Below, one piece after another: positions 20,300 to 31,049 of a stretch of DNA of 64,000 bases. The notes below the pieces were generated by a model. That model saw nothing but the letters and a program-made list of their open reading frames with translations, did not search any database and was not told the DNA's origin. Numbering within the stretch: position 1 is the stretch's first letter; each line of letters starts with the position of its first letter. The position numbers and the translations under genes are program-made. Location of the stretch: NCBI GenBank assembly GCA_000004985.1, contig GG738918.1. The stretch is one strand, 5' to 3'. Source of the stretch: Naegleria gruberi. Its lineage: Eukaryota.

Positions 20300-21730
20300 A
20301 TGAACCAACCTCTCCCATCATCTTTACTGGAGAATTTAAATAATCCTGATAACAAGGATGGTTTAAAAACTGTTCCCGATCATGAGAAGAGAGATTATTC
20401 ATCGGTTAAAATTCAAGACATGTTCTATAATAATTGTGTTCCTCTATTTAGGAGTCCTTATTTACATGAATTATATAGTGGACAGGCAGATGATGAATTT
20501 ATTGATTTGGATCAACAACAGGAAGCTGAGATTTCTCAACAACATCAACAAAATTATTTTCATCAATTAAATTCATTCAGAGATTATGAAATTGAATATG
20601 ATGTGATTGAACAGGCAAAGATTGCTGTTTGCATTCCTAACAGAGAGTGGAATGGTGGATTATTAATTCATTGTCATGGACATAGAGCTAAGGGAATTCC
20701 TCTTCAGGCAGATTTGAATCATGATAACATGCCAAACACTTTCAGAGAATTGATTAGCCAAGGCTGGATTGTTTCAATGACTTCATATAGAAGAGAAGGA
20801 ATAATATTGAAAGATGCAATTTTGGATGTTAATAATTTGAGAAATTATGTGGAGGAAAAACATGGACAAATTAAATGTTGTATTCTGGAAGGAAGATCAA
20901 TGGGAGGAGCAATCGTGACATTTATTAGTGAACTCCATCCACATTTATATGATGGAGCTGTTTGTATTGGTGCTGCACTGAGAGTAGACCAGAAAGAAGA
21001 ACCTCTTCCTCATCTTGTTTTACAAAACACTCCTAAATTTCCAATTATTGTAAGTGAAGTTGCAACTTTAAGGTTCTAATGTTTATAGTATTTGACAAAT
21101 ATTAGTGAATTAGGAGAACCTTCGAACTATATTGAAAGGGCAAAGAATAATTCCCTTAAAGAACAAGATATCATAACCCCTAGCTTATGGACAGTCTTTA
21201 GAGAGGGACATAATTTAGTTACAGAGCTCGAGAGAATGTCCGCATTCCAAGCCCTAATTTCTTGGATACGATTCAAAAGTAATATAACAATGAAAGTCAA
21301 TGAGGCTTGTACACTTCCAGTAGCTATTCCAAACTCTGAAGTAGAATTTACTGACTCGGACCCATCTTCAAAAGAAGGAGCTTGGGGTAAAGTCAACCAA
21401 TTATACATCTATGGATCATTTTGTATCAATTTCACAGAAAAAGACTTTGAGAAATTAGGAATTACACAAGGAAAATACTTTACTTTCAACATTTTGACAA
21501 AACAACAGGGTGTCAAGACAGTTAGTGCATCATTTGGATCTTTCCCATTTATTAAGCAAGCAACTGAAGTTGAATGGATTGCATTTGTTAATCCAGTTGA
21601 TAATTACATTGTATTGCATATTAATTCTTACAAATTTACAAACGAATCTAAAAAGATGGGAATTTCCCTTAATGATGCTATTTTTGTTGAAAAGGTCAAA
21701 CCGCTGCCTAAAAGGAAAAATAAGAATTAA
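20300..21730 (+). CDS. alpha/beta-hydrolase-fold protein; exons 20300..21049 and 21089..21730
   Basis: 39-nt GTAAGT..TATAG intron 21050..21088 joins the two ORFs in frame. Nucleophile-elbow motif GRSMGG. No closer family assignment. Confidence 0.55.
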
Positions 21731-21885
21731 TTTTTGTACTGTAAATTTATCCAAATTATTACATGTTCTAAAAATCACTATGAGCTTTTGATTTTCTAAT
21801 GGCGGAAATGATCGGGAATGATAGATGCTTAATTGACCACCAAAACCAATCAATATTGTGATTTTTTCTCAATCACAATAAAAAA

Positions 21886-23403
21886 ATGCCAAAAGAGAAG
21901 GGGAGAGGTAATGGTGTGGAGAGTAAAGTTGCATGTTTGGCCTGTCGTCGTGCTCATAAAAAATGTGATAGAAAATTACCTTCATGTGCTAGATGTTCTT
22001 CAAAGGGATGGTCATGTAATTATGATCAAATAGATCGGAGGTTTAAACCAGTTGAGGTAATGAATGAATTGAATAATGATGTTGGAAATTCAAATGTTGA
22101 GTTTAATCATCAGGATGGAATGAATATTGTTGACAATCAGGTGGTGGAGGTGAATGAAAATTGGATTCAACATTCAATGACGGAGGAAACTATTAGAATA
22201 TATAAGGAGGTTATCTATGTGGGAGTTCCTTGCTTCTCAAATGAAGATTATGCCAACATGTTGAGGATGTCTGTGAAGGAAATGAATGAAACTAGGAAGG
22301 ATATTCTTGCATTGCTATTGTCAATTCAGTGCTTGTGTGAGAATATGTGGGGATTTCTCCCAGCTGCTCAGAGAACTGCTGAAAAATCAAGGGATGTACT
22401 AAGGATTGTTTATGAGGATTTTGGAAATCCGTTTGTTGCTTCTTCATTCCTTAATTTGTCATCGTTTTATTCTGTCATTGGAAATGTAGAGATGGCAAAA
22501 GGATACTTGGCAATAATAGAACATTTTTGCTCAAAACTAGAACAGGATTCTACCAGACACGTATTAATAGAAAAGTATAATTGTAAGGTTGATCCAATTT
22601 CTTTCAAAGCTTTTTCAGCATTAGTTGAGATCAACTGTTCTGATTCATACCCTATACCAGATATTGTTTCCCTGAAAAAGTTATATGGTGCCATTTCAGA
22701 TGTTAGCCAGTTAGTTTACAATTTAGATTCTTCACTTGAAAAGAGGATTGAGGGTATGACGTTATTTGTTGCTATGGCAATTAATGAAACATCAGAAAGA
22801 CCTAAATCAGAACTTTCAACCCATATTCTCGATATATGTCTCAAAATATTTGTTAATGGATTGAATATTGTTAGGGCAATTATTAATGGATCCAAATATT
22901 CAGAACCTAGTTTATTGGACGAGAATACCAAAATAATGGAATATTATGCCTATGAAATTACAAAGTTATGTCAAGATCCAGCGTCAGTGGTAGTGCCACC
23001 ATATGTCACTTCTTTTATAGTCACAGCCACAAAGTTAAATTTTGAAATTTTCAAATCTATTGTTAAGGGTGATAGAAAAAATAATCAAAATACGATTATT
23101 ATGAGAGAAGATGGAAGTATTGAACCTTCTATGGAAACAGTTGACTATCATAGTGTTATGATGATTGAATTGAATACTTTGAAACAATTGAGTAAGAGAT
23201 ATCCGTATGTTCACAAAATATTTGAAGAGGTGAATGATTTTATCATGAATAATGGAAAAGAATCAATGATTAGAAATACTAACAACAACAACAACGACAT
23301 TCAACATTTTATTAATCTGCTATATGAAGAACCTTCAGATATTTACAGTGAAATGAAAAAATTTATAGATAATTTGAAAAAGACAACAACCACTAATCTA
23401 TAA
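21886..23403 (+). CDS. Zn(II)2Cys6 binuclear-cluster (fungal GAL4-type) DNA-binding protein
   Basis: N-terminal ACLACRRAHKKCDRKLPSCARCSSKGWSC fits CX2CX6CX5-9CX2CX6-8C followed by a basic linker. Confidence 0.7.
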   Translation: MPKEKGRGNGVESKVACLACRRAHKKCDRKLPSCARCSSKGWSCNYDQIDRRFKPVEVMNELNNDVGNSNVEFNHQDGMNIVDNQVVEVNENWIQHSMTEETIRIYKEVIYVGVPCFSNEDYANMLRMSVKEMNETRKDILALLLSIQCLCENMWGFLPAAQRTAEKSRDVLRIVYEDFGNPFVASSFLNLSSFYSVIGNVEMAKGYLAIIEHFCSKLEQDSTRHVLIEKYNCKVDPISFKAFSALVEINCSDSYPIPDIVSLKKLYGAISDVSQLVYNLDSSLEKRIEGMTLFVAMAINETSERPKSELSTHILDICLKIFVNGLNIVRAIINGSKYSEPSLLDENTKIMEYYAYEITKLCQDPASVVVPPYVTSFIVTATKLNFEIFKSIVKGDRKNNQNTIIMREDGSIEPSMETVDYHSVMMIELNTLKQLSKRYPYVHKIFEEVNDFIMNNGKESMIRNTNNNNNDIQHFINLLYEEPSDIYSEMKKFIDNLKKTTTTNL

Positions 23404-23516
23404 TAATCAAAAATTCCCATATTTTAACAACTCATTATGCCACGAAAAAGGAATTGAGTTTCATGTAAACATTCTTATGGGATAGAAAGATTACGACCCA
23501 AAAATTGCTGGCCACG

Positions 23517-25010
23517 TTATTGCAACAGATTTTGTCTCAATTCTTGGATAGAATCAATATAATACTGAGGATTAGTGACATTCACAATTAATACACCTGA
23601 ATTGTAAAATTCATCACCATCTCCTAACTTTACCATCAGTTCAGCTCTGTACTTATTCAATCCATTACCCTCCCAAATTACTGATCTTGTCCAAATATTT
23701 GAAATGTCCCCCAATGAAATACTGAACACATCAAGAAAAAGTCCTCCTCTTTCCATGATAATTATCCGCCTGTTGGTAAGAATGTAGTGAGCTACTGCTG
23801 GTAATTTAAAACTAAATGCTACAAGCATAAAAATCAACATTCCAATGGGACATAGTGTTATCAACGAAATTGTTTGAAAGACAATCCCTCCAACTAGACC
23901 AATAACTAAACCAGGAACAAATGTTATAAAAGGTATCACAAATAAAAAGATTAACCATTTTGAATATGAGGTCCCAGTAATTGTTGCTACAAAGTTATAA
24001 CTCAACAATTCATATGAAACAATCTCCTCATCGGACTGTAATACAGTTGCAAGTAATTCTCTTTCCTTTTCTCCAACCTTTCCATTAATTTCCACTTGTC
24101 CGTTCACATGTTTAAAGAGAGATTCCTGCTCTGGAGTGTATTCATGTTTTCCACCATTGGCTACATACAATTCCTGTAAAACTACTCTTTTTCTGAAAGA
24201 GTTTACAATTTCTTGATTTTGCCTTAATAGTTCAGCCTCTTCTTTAGAAAGTGCGAATCTCTTCTTCATTACAAACACAGCAATGACAAATCCAATTGCT
24301 AAGCATGGTAAAATGATAATAGAAGTAATAATTGATGCCATATTCGAGGTAAATACTGCATTATCATAATACATTGGAGAAACAAGCTTGAATTGATATT
24401 CCTGATTATCAATCATGAAAACTCTATCTCTACCAAGTGTCAAATTATTGAGAAATGGACTCTTCTCTGTTAAATAATACAATGTTCCACTAGTCCCATT
24501 ATTTGGAAATGATAATCTGAAACATTTCAATGTCATTTCCTCACTCTCTGAATAACAAAAATCATTACATGACACATTTCCATAATAGAAATTCCATGTT
24601 TCATGAGAGTATTTCGAAATTTGATGCCAATAAACACGATGAATTGTAACATTTAGCAATGGAACTGAATATCCATCTTCATATCGAACAATATTTGGCC
24701 GAATCATTACTGAACAGTTATTCATCATGCAATTTCTCATTCCCTTCACTTCATCCACTCCATAAGAATTCATCACATCCCATCGGAGTGTAACAACAAA
24801 TACCAAAGATGCAACACTCAAAATTATCAAAGTTAAAAACAAGTGAAATGATCGATCATATTTTTCTAATCTCTTAATATAGGGAGAGGGTGGAACTTGG
24901 CTTCTTGTAATTAAATTGAGAATTGGGAGTAATCCATTTGGATGTAATAATCGATGGACGATTGGAGAAGAATCTCCGTAGTAGAGATTTTCATACTGAT
25001 GTGTTTCCAT
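23517..25010 (-). CDS. hypothetical multi-pass membrane protein
   Basis: 497-aa ORF with at least five predicted TM helices (e.g. FHLFLTLIILSVASLVFVVTL, IITSIIILPCLAIGFVIAVFVM, WLIFLFVIPFITFVPGLVIGLVGGIVF). No recognisable family. Confidence 0.45.
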   Translation of the reverse strand: METHQYENLYYGDSSPIVHRLLHPNGLLPILNLITRSQVPPSPYIKRLEKYDRSFHLFLTLIILSVASLVFVVTLRWDVMNSYGVDEVKGMRNCMMNNCSVMIRPNIVRYEDGYSVPLLNVTIHRVYWHQISKYSHETWNFYYGNVSCNDFCYSESEEMTLKCFRLSFPNNGTSGTLYYLTEKSPFLNNLTLGRDRVFMIDNQEYQFKLVSPMYYDNAVFTSNMASIITSIIILPCLAIGFVIAVFVMKKRFALSKEEAELLRQNQEIVNSFRKRVVLQELYVANGGKHEYTPEQESLFKHVNGQVEINGKVGEKERELLATVLQSDEEIVSYELLSYNFVATITGTSYSKWLIFLFVIPFITFVPGLVIGLVGGIVFQTISLITLCPIGMLIFMLVAFSFKLPAVAHYILTNRRIIIMERGGLFLDVFSISLGDISNIWTRSVIWEGNGLNKYRAELMVKLGDGDEFYNSGVLIVNVTNPQYYIDSIQELRQNLLQ

Positions 25011-25397
25011 ATTTTTTTTTGAATTGATTTTGATAGTAATGTGGACAGCTGTGATGATTTATTGTAATAATTGGTTTCTAATTCACTTCCATTTTTTTTA
25101 ATTTAAAAAATAATTAAATAAAAAGAAATCCTAAAAAGGATCAATATCTGAAAATAAATAATCTAATCAATCCCAAGAATATCATTTAACAAGCTACTCT
25201 TTGAATTAAACTATTGAGTTCGTTACTATTTAATAATTTCCTTAATTGATTGATTAATACGCCAATATTAAGATTAAAATTGATTGGATGGTAATTGTAT
25301 TGTTTTTACGATCGTAAAAAACTCTAATTACTGTTCATCACATTTATTTAAATTTGAACACCCACTAAACACTACCAGGAATTGAAACTCTTAAAAA

Positions 25398-26798
25398 ATG
25401 TTTAAACCACTGAAATATGTTCATCCACTAGCAGGACTTTCGTTCAAACTCTTTCGTTCTTCTCCTTTGAAGAATAAAACCCATAATACTACTACTACTA
25501 CTAATTTGAAGAACAACCTTAATAATACTATTAAACAATTATCACAAGATCTTTATGATCTATTTGATCCTTCTAATATGAAATGTGTTAGAGATTTTGA
25601 AACTTGTGATGAGTTAGAATTTCTATTAAGTAATAAAAGTACAATCTATTTTAATAGTGAAGAATTGGATAATTATAAAACAAGTATAAAATCAGAACAA
25701 GAAAATATTCACAAACAAGAAATATTCAATTCAATTAATTTTACTAATAGGAATCCAAAATGTTTACATGAAGTTGATTATTGGTTTATTGATAATTTGT
25801 TATATTTTAATTATCGTGAATGGTCACATGAATATACTCTTTCTATTTTACCATTTAGTAGATTATTACCAGAAGTTATTGAAATTCTAAAAATAGATGG
25901 TAATATAAATGGAAATATTTTAGATTTTATTGTAAATAAATTACAATTACAAGAAGAAAAAATAATTTTAATTAGTCAAATTAAAGGATTATTACCAAAA
26001 TTATCAACTTTTGATATTGAAGTATTAATTGAATGGATTATTAGAAATTTATTTTTTAAAACAGATATTTCTAAAATTCCACAATTTTTAAAAGAAATTA
26101 AAATTAATAATCAAATAATTAAACAAGAAGATGAAATTAAAGATTATAATTTAATAATTAATGAAGAATTAAAAACATATATATTATCATGTGCAAGTGC
26201 TAGATTAATTGATCATAAATATAAAGAAGCTTATCATGAATGTCTATATTTAGAAAAAAACAATTATGATAAAAATATTATTAAAAGTATTCCTAAATTT
26301 TTAAAAGACAATTTAAAATATCATATTCCAAAAGCGGAAAATAATGATAAAATTATTACTATAAATGAAAGACCTTATAATTTTAGTCAAACTCATAAAA
26401 TGATTAATTTTACAATTAATTTTACAGATGATGAAATAACATTTTTAGATTTTGAACCCATTTATTACATGATGGCAAAAATAATTGATTATTACAATAA
26501 GAATATTAGATCTATTGAATGGCCAACTAATTTGGATAATTTAAATGATGATGAATCTAAAATTGATGCTATTTTTGATGATTTATTTTATTATAAAATT
26601 ACAGTTTCACAATTATTTAGATGGATTGAAAGTATTGAATTACAATTTAGTGAAGGAAAACAAATTTGGTTTCATTTTACAATTGTAATTAATAGTCAAT
26701 TGTTTCCTTTTATTGATATGAGTTATGGAACAATGCAAATGGTATTTTCTAGAGGACATGAAAATATGACTTGTTGTTTTACTGATGTTCAATTTTAA
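25398..26798 (+). CDS. hypothetical Ile/Asn/Lys-rich protein
   Basis: 466-aa ORF with ATG in an A-rich context. No motif recognised. Confidence 0.4.
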   Translation: MFKPLKYVHPLAGLSFKLFRSSPLKNKTHNTTTTTNLKNNLNNTIKQLSQDLYDLFDPSNMKCVRDFETCDELEFLLSNKSTIYFNSEELDNYKTSIKSEQENIHKQEIFNSINFTNRNPKCLHEVDYWFIDNLLYFNYREWSHEYTLSILPFSRLLPEVIEILKIDGNINGNILDFIVNKLQLQEEKIILISQIKGLLPKLSTFDIEVLIEWIIRNLFFKTDISKIPQFLKEIKINNQIIKQEDEIKDYNLIINEELKTYILSCASARLIDHKYKEAYHECLYLEKNNYDKNIIKSIPKFLKDNLKYHIPKAENNDKIITINERPYNFSQTHKMINFTINFTDDEITFLDFEPIYYMMAKIIDYYNKNIRSIEWPTNLDNLNDDESKIDAIFDDLFYYKITVSQLFRWIESIELQFSEGKQIWFHFTIVINSQLFPFIDMSYGTMQMVFSRGHENMTCCFTDVQF

Positions 26799-26876
26799 AT
26801 ATTTTCTAAACTCTTTAATAAAAGAAGAATTTATTGTAAAGTATTTAAATATTTGATGATCAAAATTTAAAAAAAA

Positions 26877-28238
26877 ATGGGTGAAGTGATTCATGTACAA
26901 GTTGGAGGGTGTGGCAATCATATTGGTTATCAATTTTATGAAAGAATTGCCAAACATGAACATTCAATTCTTCCCAATGGTGAAAAAAGCCTAACTCGTA
27001 ATCATGAAAATATTTACACTGATATTGATGAAGAAAATTACTATACAAATGTATTCTTTGAAGAGAGTAAGAGTGGTCGATGGTCTCCGAGGGCTGTTTT
27101 AGCAGATTTGGAGCCTTATTCCATAGATCAAATACAACAATTAGAATATGGAAGAATATTTAAGAGCGAATATAATGCAATTTATCAGTATGGTGCTGGA
27201 GGAAATTGGGCAAAAGGGCACTATACGATTGGAGCTGAATGTGTGGATAATGTTATGGAGGTAGTGAGGAAACAAGCTGAAAATTGTGGGAACTTACAAG
27301 GATTTCAATTGATGCATTCGTTGGGAGGAGGATCAGGATCAGGTTGGGGTACTCTGGTGATATCTAAACTGAGAGAGGAGTATCCTGATAAGATTGTTTC
27401 TAGTTGTTCTGTTTTTCCTTCTTTGAAAGCATCATCTACAAATCCTGTTGAGGCCTATAATTGTGTTTTGGCTTTTCACCAATTGATTGAGAATACAGAT
27501 TTCGTATCATGTTTTGATAATGAAGCTCTGATTGAAATACAATCAAAATTGAATCTAACCAATGAAGGTTTTAGTGCAATTAATAGAATAATTGCAAAGG
27601 TTATGTCTGATGTAACCTGTTCATTTCGGTTTCCTTCCCATTTAGGGTATAATTTAAGAAAGCTTGCCACCAATTTGATACCTTTTCCTAGACTCCACTT
27701 TGCAACAATTTCACACACTCCAATTAGTGCTGATAGTAATAATTCCTCAAAGAATATATCAGAACTATTCCAAAATTTGACATCTCCAAATAATGTCATG
27801 TGTGGCTGTGATCCTAGAAGTGGTCGGTATATGGCTGCCATTGCTTTATTCAGAGGCTCTATGACATTGAAAGAAGTGAATGATGTTGCTTCATCTGTTT
27901 CCAATAAGAATTCTTCTAATTGGGTTGATTGGATGCCACCCAATTTAAAATCAAATGTTTGTAAGAAGAAATCAGGTGATTTTGAGTCGGCTACTCTCAT
28001 TGCAAACTCCACATCTATTCGATTCTTGCTCACCAATATTGAAAATCGATTCGATAACTTATTCAAAAGGAAAGCGTATCTTCACAACTTGTGTTATGAA
28101 GGAATGGATGAAATGGAATTTTCAGAGGCACAACATAATCTTAATGATATCATAACTGAATACAAGTGTTACGGAGACGAAATTCTTGACGATTTCGATG
28201 ATAGTAACCTTGATCTTTCTTCTAAGGACTTGATATAA
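26877..28238 (+). CDS. divergent beta-tubulin-like protein (tubulin/FtsZ GTPase fold)
   Basis: Collinear with beta-tubulin end to end. MGEVIHVQVGGCGNHIG (T1 loop, canonical GQCGNQIG). GAGGNWAKGHYTIGAE. LGGGSGSGWGTLVISKLREEYPD (canonical GGGTGSG). NEALIEIQ, LRKLATNLIPFPRLHF, AYLHNLCYEGMDEMEFSEAQHNLNDIITEY. Roughly half of positions are conserved relative to canonical beta-tubulin. Confidence 0.8.
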   Translation: MGEVIHVQVGGCGNHIGYQFYERIAKHEHSILPNGEKSLTRNHENIYTDIDEENYYTNVFFEESKSGRWSPRAVLADLEPYSIDQIQQLEYGRIFKSEYNAIYQYGAGGNWAKGHYTIGAECVDNVMEVVRKQAENCGNLQGFQLMHSLGGGSGSGWGTLVISKLREEYPDKIVSSCSVFPSLKASSTNPVEAYNCVLAFHQLIENTDFVSCFDNEALIEIQSKLNLTNEGFSAINRIIAKVMSDVTCSFRFPSHLGYNLRKLATNLIPFPRLHFATISHTPISADSNNSSKNISELFQNLTSPNNVMCGCDPRSGRYMAAIALFRGSMTLKEVNDVASSVSNKNSSNWVDWMPPNLKSNVCKKKSGDFESATLIANSTSIRFLLTNIENRFDNLFKRKAYLHNLCYEGMDEMEFSEAQHNLNDIITEYKCYGDEILDDFDDSNLDLSSKDLI

Positions 28239-28471
28239 GAGATGGAATATTTTAAAATTTAGTATTTGGATTATTTACATTATTCAAAAAAATTACCATG
28301 AATTCCGATTATAAGGAGGAAAGTTTGAGGGACAATTAGTCTTCCTTAAACGAGCCATTAATATGTTGAAACAGCAGAAACCTTTCTAGCTCTAATAATT
28401 ATCCGTTACAATATTTGGACCCATTCCTTAGTGATTAAACATTTTACAGGAATAATAAATATTAATTTGGT

Positions 28472-29173
28472 TTATTCGAGTTTTTGATAGGTTGGAGTTT
28501 GTTGATAATAATTGACTGGATTTTCAGTTGTGGTAATTGGTCTATTTGCTGAAGCTGCTGCACAACAAACACATCCACAAACACCAAGACAAATAAGTAC
28601 TGGAATGAGGAATGAGGCAACCAAAATCAAAAGTCCAATAATTACTGAGGCAACAATAACTCCAATAATCCAATTAGGAAGTATTGATGTAACAGAAGCT
28701 GTCAAAACATAATCATTAGTATTTGTACTCTCTCCATAAACAGTAATATAAATAGGCAAAGTAGAATTATCAATTGTTTGAGAAGAATATTGAGATGCAA
28801 TTTTGTAATCGTAATGATAAGGTGTTGGCATTGATCCTTCTTTAGCATAAACAGTTACAGAGGATGATGAGGAAGGAAGTTTGAATGAAAGAATCAATGT
28901 ACTGTAAGGTGGCATTGTAATTGAATATAGATCAAATGATCCATATGAAACAGAGCCAGAAACTACCTGTCCTTCAGGAGAAAGTATTACTGTACCCGAT
29001 TGTTGAATACTTCTACTAGAATCGGAATGAATCAATCGATCAACTTGACTCAATAATTTAGTGACGATATTATTATTAGCCAACGTTCCTTGTATTGCAA
29101 TAAATAATACAGCAACCAATACAACCAAAACTTTCAAGCTTGAAAGAAAACCTTCGTTAATTCTTCTTTTCAT
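28472..29173 (-). CDS. type I membrane protein with signal peptide, extracellular domain, single TM and short Cys-rich cytoplasmic tail
   Basis: N-terminal hydrophobic signal (VLVVLVAVLFIAIQG), C-terminal TM (WIIGVIVASVIIGLLILVASFLIPVLICL) followed by GVCGCVCC. Confidence 0.45.
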   Translation of the reverse strand: MKRRINEGFLSSLKVLVVLVAVLFIAIQGTLANNNIVTKLLSQVDRLIHSDSSRSIQQSGTVILSPEGQVVSGSVSYGSFDLYSITMPPYSTLILSFKLPSSSSSVTVYAKEGSMPTPYHYDYKIASQYSSQTIDNSTLPIYITVYGESTNTNDYVLTASVTSILPNWIIGVIVASVIIGLLILVASFLIPVLICLGVCGCVCCAAASANRPITTTENPVNYYQQTPTYQKLE

Positions 29174-29831
29174 TTTTTTGTAAATTGAAATGATCTAAAA
29201 CTAATTTGGAACTTAAGCTCGAAGAAATCAACAAAAAATCTGAAACCAACATTGGGTCTTTACCCATCCAGGCATGAGTGTTTCATCATTCCAATTGAAT
29301 AGGGACATTAGGTATTTTTTCTAATTATTTTTGGCATTGCAATTTAGGTTTGACTTGTTCATGGGGACCACAAACAATTTTGTAACAAATTGGTCAAAAA
29401 AGGCGTAAAAAAAATCATGTTGTGTTTGCTCTTGAATACAATTAAGGATGGTTGATTGATCGGAAGGCTTTGGAGTGTCGAAGCCTTGAATTTAAAATAA
29501 TTCATGAAATGCGTAACATACATCATCTCTACCTCCTCTGCTATTGATCATCAGCCTTCAATCAAAATATATTATCGCTTCGTTTTGGCGCGATTTTGCT
29601 TGTTTTTTAAAATTTAATACGAAAAACAATTTGATGAAGAAAAACAAAATTGTTTTACACTGCAAAGCTTACTGTAAATCAATTTAATGTTTTTATCTGC
29701 AAACATGTTTATTTAATTCGTTATTGAATCTGTACTATCTGGTTGACTTGAAGAATATTTGAACAAACAAGAAGAACAGCAACGCGGGAGTTTAAAATTA
29801 GAAGAAAAAAAATATCATCACGTCCAACACC

Positions 29832-31031
29832 ATGATGAACAAGAGAAACGCTGGCGGAATTGAAAAGCAAGTGGTGTGGAGGAAGAGATTCAAGATCGAG
29901 AAGGAGCAGATTAATAATATTTGCAATTATCTGACCGATGGAAAATTCACTGATATTTCAAATTCTTCAAAACGTAGAACGCAGAAAAAGAAGAAGAGAA
30001 TTGATGAAGAGGAAATAGTTGAAACTAAAAATCCATCATCACCAGGTGGATTAGATGTCTATGAAAACACAAAATACTATGAATCGATAAGTAACTTTGC
30101 TTCACAATGGATAATTTCGCAAGAGGAATTAAATCACTTGGCTGAACAAGTCCAAGCTGAAGACAAGGAGCAACGACTAAAAGATCGCCTTTCTGAGGAG
30201 TATGAAATACAACAACGTCTAAAAGAAAAGGAAGTTAATCATCTTTCCTCTTTACTTCAGTCCTCTAGGAAAACATTATCATCTTTGGCGGAATTGTTAG
30301 AGCAAACAAAACCTACAATGATCAAACCAGAAGTTGATCCATTGCCTCTTCAACCAACAACAGCAACAGCTGTTTCTACACCACCTCCTCGTCAAACAAG
30401 TTCAACTGCTACCAATGCTAATGCTAATAATATTACAACAACAGCGATGGAACAAAGGGAGTTACCTAATAATTCAACAACAACAAATAGTAATATTCCT
30501 TCACCATTCGCTGCTAAACCTCCTCCAATGGCTAATAATCAATCAGCTATGAATACTAATCCTCCTATTATTGGCACTAGTAACATGACAACAAATCATC
30601 AACCACCACTTATTTCACCAGATTCTGCTTCAAATTCTACAACGAATAGTGTTCAACCAACTCAACCACCACCTTCACATCAACAAGGAAGTACAACCCC
30701 ATCCTCCTCTCTAAGTAATCAATCTAGTCTTCAAATCAAAGAAATACCCGACCATTCTCCACCACCTCCATACTATCCACCTTCATCTAGTTTACCATCT
30801 CACAGTCCTCACGTTAATGCATCAAATAGTATGATGATGAATAATTCACAACAAAGGCATTCATATCACAATCATTCTAGGTACCAACAACCTCCTCCAC
30901 CTCCACATCATCCACCTAATATGTGTGCACCTCCAATAGTACCTCCTTATATGCCACCACATCACTATCACAATCCATATCCTCAATATCCATACATTAA
31001 TCATAATGATAGACAAAGAAGAAAGAGGTGA
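29832..31031 (+). CDS. hypothetical protein with a coiled-coil segment and Pro/Gln/Ser/Thr-rich C-terminal half containing PPxY-like motifs
   Basis: 399-aa ORF. PPPPYYPP and PPYMPP near the C-terminus. No enzymatic motif. Confidence 0.4.
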   Translation: MMNKRNAGGIEKQVVWRKRFKIEKEQINNICNYLTDGKFTDISNSSKRRTQKKKKRIDEEEIVETKNPSSPGGLDVYENTKYYESISNFASQWIISQEELNHLAEQVQAEDKEQRLKDRLSEEYEIQQRLKEKEVNHLSSLLQSSRKTLSSLAELLEQTKPTMIKPEVDPLPLQPTTATAVSTPPPRQTSSTATNANANNITTTAMEQRELPNNSTTTNSNIPSPFAAKPPPMANNQSAMNTNPPIIGTSNMTTNHQPPLISPDSASNSTTNSVQPTQPPPSHQQGSTTPSSSLSNQSSLQIKEIPDHSPPPPYYPPSSSLPSHSPHVNASNSMMMNNSQQRHSYHNHSRYQQPPPPPHHPPNMCAPPIVPPYMPPHHYHNPYPQYPYINHNDRQRRKR

Positions 31032-31049
31032 GATTTGTAAATAAACCAT

